From: an uncultured Eubacteriales bacterium
GTDB lineage: Bacteria; Bacillota; Clostridia; Oscillospirales; CAG-272
Direction of reading: 5' to 3'
DNA length: 64,000 bases
NCBI GenBank assembly: GCA_934447715.1
Contig: CAKSER010000002.1
Span: 18,083 to 82,082 of the forward strand
Within the stretch, counting starts at the first letter, position 1; each line of letters opens with the position of its first letter. Below the pieces are notes generated by a model that ran no database searches, was not told the origin of the DNA, and worked only from the letters and a program-made list of their open reading frames with translations. The position numbers and the translations under genes are program-made. Positions 40,091 through 48,166 of this stretch are shown here, piece by piece.

Positions 40091-41133
40091 AATCCGCCCT
40101 CGCTTTCGCCGTGCCCACCTTCAAGATTCTCTTTGCTCTCGCCTTCGCCGCTTTCACTGTGCCTTTGAACAGAATCGAGAAGCCTGTTAAGTATTTCCTT
40201 CATCGTATCAAAATCCTCTGCCGTGTTGAGTGCACACCTCGATGCGGCAGAACCGTAGATTCCCTTAAGATAATAGGAAATATGCCGCCTTGCCTCGAGC
40301 ACGCCGGTTCTTTGCTTGTTTTTTATAAGAAGCTCCGCATGCGATATTGCAGCCGCGATCCTTTCGGACGGTGTCGGAGAAACAAAATCGTTTTTCCCCT
40401 CAAAGGCGGAAATGACCTCCTCAAAGAGCCACGGATTGCCCATCGTACCTCTGCCGAGCATGACTCCGTCACAGCCGGTCTTTTTCTTCATTTCAAGCGC
40501 ATCAAAAGAGGAAAAAATGTCCCCATTGCCGATAACGGGGATTTTAACGGCATCCTTTACCGCCTTGATCACCTCAAGATCAACCGGTGGGGCGTACATC
40601 TGCTCTCTTGTCCTTCCGTGAATCGTTATCATGCTCGCACCCGCCTGCTCAAGAAGCGGCGCAAGCAACGGAGCGTTTTTTTCACTTTCGGAATATCCGG
40701 CGCGAATTTTGACCGTGACTGGAAGAGAGGTTGCCCTTGATACGGCATAGACAATTTCCGCCGCTCTCTCGGGATTTTTCATCAGAAACGAGCCTTCGCC
40801 GTTTGAAACGATCTTTTTTGCCGGGCAGCCCATATTGATGTCTATTGCGCATGGCGGAATCTTCATTTCGGACAGCATTTTTGCAGCCTCCGCCATAATT
40901 TCAGGCTCGGAGCCGAAGATCTGAACCGCCATCGGCTGCTCATTTTCGGTAACCTCCGCAAGAATGCCTGTGTTCCTGTCCCCGAAATGCATCGCCTTTG
41001 CCGAAACCATCTCGGTCGTCATATATTCCGCCCCGTGCGCCTTGCAGACACATCTGTATGCATAATCAGTCACCCCGGCCATAGGGGCAAGAAAAACGCC
41101 GTGCTTTAAAGAAAGCTTGCCGATTGTTATCAA
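40087..41133 (-). CDS. dusB: tRNA dihydrouridine synthase B with an acidic Gly/Glu/Ser tail
   Basis: 348 aa with LAPMAGVTD and IDINMGCP, a Dus family TIM barrel. Confidence 0.9.
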   Translation of the reverse strand: MITIGKLSLKHGVFLAPMAGVTDYAYRCVCKAHGAEYMTTEMVSAKAMHFGDRNTGILAEVTENEQPMAVQIFGSEPEIMAEAAKMLSEMKIPPCAIDINMGCPAKKIVSNGEGSFLMKNPERAAEIVYAVSRATSLPVTVKIRAGYSESEKNAPLLAPLLEQAGASMITIHGRTREQMYAPPVDLEVIKAVKDAVKIPVIGNGDIFSSFDALEMKKKTGCDGVMLGRGTMGNPWLFEEVISAFEGKNDFVSPTPSERIAAAISHAELLIKNKQRTGVLEARRHISYYLKGIYGSAASRCALNTAEDFDTMKEILNRLLDSVQRHSESGEGESKENLEGGHGESEGGL

Positions 41134-41350
41134 TTTCAGTACATCTCCGAACAGCCTAAATAGTTTAATATAAGCTTCAACCCGGCCAGGTGCAGCACAG
41201 ACAGGCAGAAGCCTGAGGATGTTTTACAATGATACAAAAACATCTGCATATAGAGTTGCGATACAATCAATCAGACACCGTGCAAAGCTCGCAACAGCAA
41301 TAGCCGTCATGTTATGCTGCATAAACCTTTACGCGCCTGTTATAAATCAG

Positions 41351-41377
41351 AAATACGAACCCAAAGCAGGGTTCGTA
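41351..41377 (-). terminator. Terminator after rpmB
   Basis: tacgaaccc (41354-41362) pairs with gggttcgta (41369-41377). T-rich flanks occur on both strands. Confidence 0.5.
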
Positions 41378-41396
41378 TCCGGTTTCTTTTTCTGTT

Positions 41397-41591
41397 TCAG
41401 GCGTCAACCTTTTCAGTCTTGCGCATTGTGCGCAGGCAACGGGAGCAGATGTGCATTGTTTTGCTCGTTCCGTTGACGTTTGTCTTTACCGATCTTACGT
41501 TCGGCTTCCATGTTCTCGATGTTTTACGATTGGAGTGAGAAACGTTAAGTCCGAACACTACGCCCTTTCCGCAAATATCACACTTTGCCAT
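41397..41591 (-). CDS. rpmB: 50S ribosomal protein L28
   Basis: 64 aa starting MAKCDICGKGVVFGLNVSHSNRKTSRTWKPN. Confidence 0.93.
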   Translation of the reverse strand: MAKCDICGKGVVFGLNVSHSNRKTSRTWKPNVRSVKTNVNGTSKTMHICSRCLRTMRKTEKVDA

Positions 41592-41747
41592 TTGTAGTTA
41601 CCTCCGTATATTAAACATTAAATTATTTTCAATTCGATACCAAAAGAGTATATCACAACAAAGCAAAAAAATCAATACTAATTTAAAAAAATTATTATAT
41701 TTGCTCTTTTCGCCAAATTGTCTGCCGTCAAAATCGAGGATTACGGA

Positions 41748-42497
41748 TTATTTTTTCTCCTTATCCTTGCCCCCGGTCTTTTCCCTGCTCTTATCCTTAT
41801 CGGATTTCTTTATAAACAGCTTACTTAAATATGTCTTGTTTTCACTCTTTTCACGAAGCCTTATTATGTTTTCCTTGTGCTTTGCAATAATCAGAACAGC
41901 GGCAGCGAAGGCAACCACAACCCTTAAATCCGGCGGCGAAAGGAAATTATAAAGCACGATCGGATACATTGCCGCAGCAAAAATCGATCCGAGCGAAACA
42001 TATTTTGTTATAAGAAGCGTAACTGCAAATATTGCAAGCAGAACAAGGAAAACAAGCGGCTCTGTCAAAAGAACCATCGCAGCGACAACCGCGACTCCCT
42101 TTCCGCCCTTAAAGCCGTAATAGCACGGGAACATATGCCCGAGCATACAGCAAAAGCCTGCGACATATGCACCGGCAAAGCCTGCAATGACCGTTCCGAC
42201 TATAACAGACACCGCGGTCTTTAAAAGATCAAGTCCGAAGGTCATTGCACCGAACTTCTTTCCGTAATTGCGGAGCATATTGGTCGTTCCGGGATTTCCG
42301 CTTCCCTTTTCCCTGATATCCTCTCCGAACCTGATTTTTGAAATCAGTATCGCCGGATTTATGCTTCCGAGAAGATATGAAACAACCGCGCACAAAAAGA
42401 TTCCGGCAAAGTAAAGATAAATCCAGACAGGCGTGTCGGAAACCTGACCCGCCCTATATCCGAGAAGACCTATCGCCCTCAGCTGCAAAAAGCTCAT
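41748..42497 (-). CDS. plsY: Glycerol-3-phosphate acyltransferase PlsY with a Lys-rich tail
   Basis: 249 aa multi-pass membrane protein with the GSGNPGTTN motif. It overlaps the der stop by 4 nt. The C-terminus is KSDKDKSREKTGGKDKEKK. Confidence 0.88.
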   Translation of the reverse strand: MSFLQLRAIGLLGYRAGQVSDTPVWIYLYFAGIFLCAVVSYLLGSINPAILISKIRFGEDIREKGSGNPGTTNMLRNYGKKFGAMTFGLDLLKTAVSVIVGTVIAGFAGAYVAGFCCMLGHMFPCYYGFKGGKGVAVVAAMVLLTEPLVFLVLLAIFAVTLLITKYVSLGSIFAAAMYPIVLYNFLSPPDLRVVVAFAAAVLIIAKHKENIIRLREKSENKTYLSKLFIKKSDKDKSREKTGGKDKEKK

Positions 42498-43831
42498 TTT
42501 TCATCATCTCCGCGCTCTCTGACTATTATCTTGATCGGCGTCCCCTTAAATCCGAACACATCTCTTAACTGATTTTCGATATATCTTCTGTACGAGAAGT
42601 GGAACAGCTCGATGCTGTTACAGAATATTACAAACGAAGGCGGCTGTATTCCGACCTGAGTCATATAATAGATCTTTAGGTATCTTCCCTTGTCTGACGG
42701 AGGCTGAACCCTTGTTGTCGCGTCGTTTAAGACGTCGTTTAGCACTCCTGTGGAGATTCTCTGTCTTGACTGTGCATAGCAGTCGTTTATCAGCGAAAAG
42801 AGCTTGTCCACCCTCTGTCCGGTCTTTGCAGACACGAACACAAGCTCCGCATATGTCATATACGACAGCGCGTCATACACCTTTTTCGTGAATTCCGCGG
42901 TGGTTTTGTTGTCTTTTTCAATCAGATCCCACTTGTTTACGGCAATAATTACCGCCTTGCCTGACTCGTGGGCGATTCCCGCGATTCTCTCATCCTGCTC
43001 GGTAACACCGACTTCCGCATCTATCATCAGAATGCAGACATCCGCTCTTTCGACCGCGAGCTTTGCTCTTAAAACAGAGAATTTCTCGATTCTGTCGTCG
43101 ATTTTGCTCTGTCTTCTTATCCCGGCCGTGTCGATAAAGATATACTTGCCGTAATCGTTTTCGGTATAGGTGTCGATTGCATCCCTTGTCGTTCCGGGAA
43201 CGTCAGACACAATCAGTCTCTGCTCTCCGAGTATTTTGTTTATGATCGAGCTCTTTCCGGCGTTCGGCTTTCCGATGACCGCGACCTTGATAATATCGTC
43301 GTCAACAAGCTCTCCGAAGGTCTCCTCCTCCGGCAGCAGATCAACTACCGTATCAAGCAGATCTCCGGTTCCGGTTCCGTGAACCGACGAAAGCGCTATA
43401 GGATCATGGTCGAAGCCGAGTTCGTAGAATTCATAGTATTCCGGCGGAAGCTGACCGACGCTGTCGCACTTGTTTACCGCAAGAACAAGCGGCTTTCCGC
43501 TTTTTAACAGCATGGTCGATATTTCCTTGTCGTCGGCTGTAAGACCGGTTGTAACATCGGTCATGAATACGATAACGCTTGCGGTGGAAATTGCGATCTC
43601 CGCCTGCAGGCGCATATATTTAAGCATATCGCTTGAGGTCTTCGGCTCTATTCCTCCGGTATCGACAAGAGTCATCTTGCGTCTGTTCCACTCTATCTCA
43701 TAATAGATTCTGTCTCTTGTTACGCCGGGGGTGTCCTCTACTATGGCGATTCTTTTTCCTGCCAATTTATTAAACAGCGTGCTTTTACCGACATTCGGTC
43801 TGCCGACAATCGCAACAACAGGTCTGCTCAT
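42494..43831 (-). CDS. der: Ribosome biogenesis GTPase Der (EngA)
   Basis: It has two G domains (GRPNVGKST and GKPNAGKSS) plus a KH-like C-terminus. I chose the ATG at 43831, which lies 8 nt after GGAGG. The ORF track TTG sits two codons upstream. Confidence 0.92.
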   Translation of the reverse strand: MSRPVVAIVGRPNVGKSTLFNKLAGKRIAIVEDTPGVTRDRIYYEIEWNRRKMTLVDTGGIEPKTSSDMLKYMRLQAEIAISTASVIVFMTDVTTGLTADDKEISTMLLKSGKPLVLAVNKCDSVGQLPPEYYEFYELGFDHDPIALSSVHGTGTGDLLDTVVDLLPEEETFGELVDDDIIKVAVIGKPNAGKSSIINKILGEQRLIVSDVPGTTRDAIDTYTENDYGKYIFIDTAGIRRQSKIDDRIEKFSVLRAKLAVERADVCILMIDAEVGVTEQDERIAGIAHESGKAVIIAVNKWDLIEKDNKTTAEFTKKVYDALSYMTYAELVFVSAKTGQRVDKLFSLINDCYAQSRQRISTGVLNDVLNDATTRVQPPSDKGRYLKIYYMTQVGIQPPSFVIFCNSIELFHFSYRRYIENQLRDVFGFKGTPIKIIVRERGDDEK

Positions 43832-43944
43832 TGTCAAAACCTCCTGTTCCTTCTTTTTTCTTGCTTTTTTGCCTTTTTGCTTTCTTGCTTTTCGGTCAAT
43901 CCGGCATCAAGCCGATCTGCCCTATATTTTTTTAAAAGCCGCAT

Positions 43945-45258
43945 TCAGGCATTTTCATAGTTAAGTACTTTCATGATAAAGTCATCTCCGCTCGCCTCGC
44001 TGAAGATGATTTTTGTATGCAGCTTTTCCGAGAGCATGTCCGGCGTCATTCCGTCAAGGAACAGATCCTCGTCCCTTTTTAGCATGTTGGACGGAAGAAT
44101 AAGCACATCGCCGAGCTTTTTGCCTCTTAGCTGCTTATATACGTCGATTCCGGTCAGAAGCCCGGAAACGGTAATATTCTCACCGAAAAAGTTGTTTTTT
44201 ATTTTGTAAACATTCAGAGTAAGACCGGGACATTTATCGGCAAGCTTCCTTGCAAGGCTGCTGATAAAGCCGTATGCCGCCTCTCCTGTTGCGATCGATA
44301 CGTTTCTTCTTTTGTAAACGTCATACGCAACAACTCCGTGAAGCGCGTCTTCAAATTCCTCGTACATCGAGCGGATCATTCCGACGCCGTTTTCAATCTG
44401 GGGATAGCCGTCATAGTCATCCTCCGGCGGAATCGGCATCTCAGCCTTGATATAAAGCTCATCCGCAAGATAAAACAGTCTGCAGCCATGCTCTTTTTTG
44501 CATCTGTCTGCAAACGCGGTCACGGTATCGATAATTTCTCTGCAGTCCTCTTTTGAAAACGGCTCGATCGGATAAAGCCCCTGCCTGTGACAGGTGAGCC
44601 CTGCCGGAACTATCGATACGCTCGACACCTCCGGATACAGCGCCTCAAGGTCGGTCATCGATCTTTCAAGCTCTTTTCCGTCGTTAAGCCCCTTGCAAAG
44701 GACGATCTGACAGTGCATTTCGATTCCGGCATCGTGGAATTTCTTCATGTTGTCAAGAATCTTGCCGGCGTTTTTGTTCGAGAGCATCTTGACTCTCAGC
44801 TCGGGATTTGTCGTATGAACGCTTATATTCATAGGCGACATTTTCATCTTGACTATCCTGTCGACCTCCTCGTCGGACATGTTTGTCATCGTAATGTAGT
44901 TTCCCATAAGAAACGACAGTCTTGAATCGTCGTCCTTGAAATACAGGGATTCCCTCATTCCGTCGGGGAGCTGGTCTATAAAGCAGAATACGCACTTGTT
45001 TCTGCAGGATTTCTTTTCATCCATCAGAAACGTCGAGAACTCGAGCCCGATGTCGTCATACCGGGATTTCGTTATCTTTACATCAAAAATCTCCGGTCCG
45101 CGGTGTATAAGAAGCGAGACATGCTTTTCGGACAGATAATATCTGTAGTCAAGAACGTCGTTTATATCGTTGCCGTTTATTCTGAGAAGATAATCTCCCC
45201 TTTTAATTCCTGCTTTGTCCGCAGGCGAATCCGGCATTACATTGTCTATAAGTACCAT
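43945..45258 (-). CDS. PDZ plus radical-SAM-like DUF512 protein
   Basis: 437 aa with an N-terminal PDZ-like region (DSPADKAGIKRGDYLLRING) and a CxxxCxxC cluster (CRNKCVFC). A GGGAGGG SD precedes the start. It sits upstream of der, a position I recall as common in Clostridia. Confidence 0.75.
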   Translation of the reverse strand: MVLIDNVMPDSPADKAGIKRGDYLLRINGNDINDVLDYRYYLSEKHVSLLIHRGPEIFDVKITKSRYDDIGLEFSTFLMDEKKSCRNKCVFCFIDQLPDGMRESLYFKDDDSRLSFLMGNYITMTNMSDEEVDRIVKMKMSPMNISVHTTNPELRVKMLSNKNAGKILDNMKKFHDAGIEMHCQIVLCKGLNDGKELERSMTDLEALYPEVSSVSIVPAGLTCHRQGLYPIEPFSKEDCREIIDTVTAFADRCKKEHGCRLFYLADELYIKAEMPIPPEDDYDGYPQIENGVGMIRSMYEEFEDALHGVVAYDVYKRRNVSIATGEAAYGFISSLARKLADKCPGLTLNVYKIKNNFFGENITVSGLLTGIDVYKQLRGKKLGDVLILPSNMLKRDEDLFLDGMTPDMLSEKLHTKIIFSEASGDDFIMKVLNYENA

Positions 45259-45325
45259 GATATTCCCTCCCGTTCCGTCTGAGATGCATACCTGTCCAAG
45301 TCAGTCTGCCGAAAAAAACCGCACT

Positions 45326-45361
45326 AAAGAAAAATTGCGGGCGTGCCAGAAATACACGCCC
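45326..45361 (-). terminator. Terminator after rpmF
   Basis: gggcgtg (45339-45345) pairs with cacgccc (45355-45361). The minus strand continues gcaatttttcttt. Confidence 0.6.
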
Positions 45362-45405
45362 GTATCTTCCGAGTTCTCGTTATACGGCTCGAACGGATCT
45401 TTCGA

Positions 45406-45591
45406 TCAGTCCTCGCTTGCAGGAAGGATCTCCTTACCATTATATGTTCCGCAAGCCTTGCAAACTCTGTGGGACAGAACATATTTGCCGCACTTCGGGC
45501 ACTTTGTAATTCCGGGAAGATCGAGCTTCCATACGCTTGAACGTCTCTTATCGCGTCTTGCCTTTGATACCTTTCTCTTCGGTACTGCCAT
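45406..45591 (-). CDS. rpmF: 50S ribosomal protein L32
   Basis: 61 aa starting [17 protein letters not shown], with CPKCG...CKACG zinc-ribbon cysteines. Confidence 0.93.
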   Translation of the reverse strand: MAVPKRKVSKARRDKRRSSVWKLDLPGITKCPKCGKYVLSHRVCKACGTYNGKEILPASED

Positions 45592-45624
45592 TGTTCAAGA
45601 CACCTCCTTCAATTTGTATAAATA

Positions 45625-46131
45625 TTATTTGTTTTCACTAAAATAGTTTTTCAAAGCCGCCCATCTCGGGTCAGGCTCGTGAAGATCGCAAGTGCAATCC
45701 CCTTCGTTAAGATTCTTACCGCATTTCGGGCAGAGTCCCTTGCAGTCCTCGCTGCAGAGAAGCCTTGTCGGAAGCTCAAGATACATGACCTCGCTTATAA
45801 CATCGTCAAGGTCAAGCTCATTTCCTTCGCAGACAACATAGTCGTCCGACTCCTTGTCCTGCAGCATGTCCTTAAGCGCAACATCCTTTTCGATGTGTGC
45901 CTCAAGCTCTCTTTCAAGCTCGGTAAGACATCTTGCACAGCTTGTACGGTACCTTCCGGAAACATCAAGCGTAAGGCGCATATATCCCGAAAGATCGGTT
46001 ACGCGTCCGAACACCCTTATTCCGTCGATAAATCTTATATCGGAAAGGCTATCTTCCTCGGGTTGCTCCGAAAAATCAAATTCAATACAGTCCTTCTCGC
46101 CGTTAACGAGAGGTCTCAAATCCAATTTCAC
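45625..46131 (-). CDS. yceD: YceD/DUF177 family protein
   Basis: It has C-terminal Cys pairs (CSEDCKGLCPKCG...CTC) and lies upstream of rpmF. I moved the start to the GTG at 46131, which lies 5 nt after GGAGGG. The ORF track start at 46161 overlaps the predicted transcription start of a consensus promoter. Confidence 0.8.
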   Translation of the reverse strand: MKLDLRPLVNGEKDCIEFDFSEQPEEDSLSDIRFIDGIRVFGRVTDLSGYMRLTLDVSGRYRTSCARCLTELERELEAHIEKDVALKDMLQDKESDDYVVCEGNELDLDDVISEVMYLELPTRLLCSEDCKGLCPKCGKNLNEGDCTCDLHEPDPRWAALKNYFSENK

Positions 46132-46166
46132 GATTGCCCTCCGATACTGAAAACATTCCAAGGTGC

Positions 46167-46195
46167 ATTATACACAAGTCATCCTGATTTGTCAA
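46167..46195 (-). promoter_or_regulatory. Consensus sigma-A promoter of yceD-rpmF
   Basis: On the minus strand, TTGACA (rc of 46190-46195), a 17 nt spacer, and TATAAT (rc of 46167-46172). Confidence 0.7.
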
Positions 46196-46277
46196 GATGA
46201 TTTTGAAATTTGTAAAATAAATTTGGAAAATCCGGATTTAAAAATCAATTAATCGCTTCTTTGCACGATTTGCGCAA

Positions 46278-46955
46278 TTATTTATAATTTATGATCCGGA
46301 TATACCCGATAACAGGCAGATCCCTTGCAATTCCCTTTGACGAAAGGTAGCAGTTCCTTGCAATCAGAAGCACCAGAAGCAGCCCCAGAATCACAAACAG
46401 CACTATTCTTAAAATGCGGAACAGAATGCCGATATACGGAATCAGCCCGAGAAGCGAGAGGATTCCCCCTCCGATAAGCGAAACCAGTCCTGCCGCGACC
46501 ATTACGATATCCAAAAGCAAGCCCTGGTTTGCCCAGTACTTTCCGAATTTCGAATCCGGAGCAGCCGCAAGCGGAACGAAGAAGGTAAGCCCGAGCGACG
46601 CCGCAACAGCATAGCCCTTGTTCACCTCAATATCCTCGGCATTGAACATCCGGGTTCTGTTTCTGCCCCAAAGCAGCGTTTTTCGATTTGTCCTTTTGCC
46701 CACTCTACCTGCTCTGCCTGCACCGTTTGCGCTGTTATTTGCACCGCCGTTTGCGTTCCTGTTTACCGCGCCGTGCGCTCCGTTGTATGCACCGTTTTGT
46801 GCCGCCTCATATGTCCCGTCGTATGCACCGCTTTCCGAACCGCCGTATGCGCTCTTGTACGCACCGTTTACCGCACCGTTATATGCACCGCTTACACCGT
46901 TTGACCCGTCTTTTCTTTTTCCGGCATAGGGTCTTTTGCCGTTACCCTGATACAT
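46278..46955 (-). CDS. Membrane protein with an N-terminal Gly/Ala/Tyr/Asn repeat region and a DUF4870-like C-terminal domain
   Basis: 225 aa. The N-terminal 90 aa or so consist of degenerate GAYNGA/NGAY repeats. The C-terminal multi-pass domain contains KFGKYWANQGLLL, which resembles the DUF4870 HANQ motif. The SD is weak. Confidence 0.6.
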   Translation of the reverse strand: MYQGNGKRPYAGKRKDGSNGVSGAYNGAVNGAYKSAYGGSESGAYDGTYEAAQNGAYNGAHGAVNRNANGGANNSANGAGRAGRVGKRTNRKTLLWGRNRTRMFNAEDIEVNKGYAVAASLGLTFFVPLAAAPDSKFGKYWANQGLLLDIVMVAAGLVSLIGGGILSLLGLIPYIGILFRILRIVLFVILGLLLVLLIARNCYLSSKGIARDLPVIGYIRIINYK

Positions 46956-47002
46956 TAACAGAAGTAATCCTTTAAAATATTTTTAAAGCTTCCCTTGAAA
47001 AA

Positions 47003-47842
47003 TCAGCCTTCGGCCTTTGCCGAAAGATATTTTTCCTCAAGGCTCTTCATTTTTTCAAGGCTGATCTTTGCATATTCGATTCCGTGTCCGAAGGGCTCTC
47101 CCTCGTACATGACTCTGAAACCGAGATCTCTTGCCTTTGTATAGATGTATTCAAGCGGTGCAATTCCTCTTCCGAGAGGCATCGGTGTGCTGTATCCGTC
47201 TCCGTCTCTCAGGTGAATGAAGTTTACTCTGTCCTTCAGCTGCTCCATAAGCTTTAAAACATCTGCCGCAGCCTCAAGAACGTATTCTGTTCTTATTTCA
47301 TAATCCTTTGCGGTTCCGACATGACCCTTGACACCGGCAAGCACCTGCAGATATCCCTCGAACGCCCAGTAGGTATCGATCTCGAAATTGATATCGGTAT
47401 AGTCGCGGAGCGCATCAAGAACGGTTATTCCGAATTTATTTTCGTAAACCTCGTGAAGATGATTGTGATAGTATATTTTAATACCCTCGGAATCGAGCGT
47501 TTTCTTTGCGTCGTTTACCGTCTTTAAAAACTCGGTGATTTCCTCCTTGCTGTTCGGGAAGAACACCGGTACAACAAACGAATCGCAGCCGATTGTATGA
47601 TACATATCTATCGTCGTGCCTATCTGATCCGGCAAAAGGCTCTGCCAGATTGTATGCATCGAGTTGCACTTCAGCTGATTCTTTTCGAGGCTGGCTTTAA
47701 GCGAAAGCTGATCCTCCTTGTTTGTAAACGAACCGCAGGGCTCGACAAAGCTGTATCCGAGCTCCGCCGCAACATCAACTGCCTTCGGCACGCCTTCCTT
47801 CATTACATCGTGAATACTGTAAAGAGCTATTCCGTATTCCAT
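47003..47842 (-). CDS. Sugar phosphate isomerase/epimerase (xylose isomerase-like TIM barrel)
   Basis: 279 aa. The length and pattern fit the AP endonuclease 2/xylose isomerase-like TIM barrel family (GYSFVE, HLRDGDG). This is a moderate-confidence call by eye. Confidence 0.65.
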   Translation of the reverse strand: MEYGIALYSIHDVMKEGVPKAVDVAAELGYSFVEPCGSFTNKEDQLSLKASLEKNQLKCNSMHTIWQSLLPDQIGTTIDMYHTIGCDSFVVPVFFPNSKEEITEFLKTVNDAKKTLDSEGIKIYYHNHLHEVYENKFGITVLDALRDYTDINFEIDTYWAFEGYLQVLAGVKGHVGTAKDYEIRTEYVLEAAADVLKLMEQLKDRVNFIHLRDGDGYSTPMPLGRGIAPLEYIYTKARDLGFRVMYEGEPFGHGIEYAKISLEKMKSLEEKYLSAKAEG

Positions 47843-47958
47843 TTACAATCTACCTCCGTTTTGCGATGCGACGGCAAAGCCGCAATATTATCCTTTATAA
47901 ATTATACAGCATTCTTTTGCGAATTGCAAGAAAAATTTAAAAATAAAGCAAAAAAGCC

Positions 47959-47987
47959 TTGACACAACGCAAACGGCGTGATAATAT
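47959..47987 (+). promoter_or_regulatory. Sigma-A type promoter of the infC-rpmI-rplT operon
   Basis: TTGACA at 47959-47964, an exact 17 nt spacer, and TAATAT at 47982-47987. Confidence 0.65.
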
Positions 47988-47993
47988 AGATTG

Positions 47994-48166
47994 GTAAATG
48001 AAGAAGAACCTCCGTTCTCACCTTGCGGACTCAAAGAAGGCCCGGGTCAATATTTCACACAAGGCTGTGCGGTCACAGCGTTTGTGTTTATGTGCGGAGA
48101 GTTCTGTTTTACGGGCTATCCGCTGTTTTCATTTTCGGCGGAAACTATTTTTGGAGGTGCATAACA
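47994..48166 (+). promoter_or_regulatory. Long infC 5' leader, a candidate L20-responsive leader
   Basis: About 170 nt separate the predicted transcription start from the infC start. The leader ends in a weak hairpin, ccgctg(10 nt)cggcgg, followed by a T-rich stretch just before the SD. Firmicute infC operons are known to carry an L20 leader here. I cannot confirm the fold by eye. Confidence 0.35.

Noticed and set aside
47843-48022. Possible oriC at the strand-polarity switch
   Set aside because: The gap is only 180 bp. I could see no DnaA-box cluster or AT-rich unwinding element, and there is no dnaA or dnaN. I kept it only as a low-interest polarity observation.
48023-48166. N-terminal 48 aa extension of IF-3 from the ORF track TTG start
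   Set aside because: The extension (MRTQRRPGSIFHTRLCGHSVCVYV...) has no IF-3 homology, lacks an SD, and falls inside the predicted leader. GGAGG plus an in-frame ATA at 48167 is the better start.
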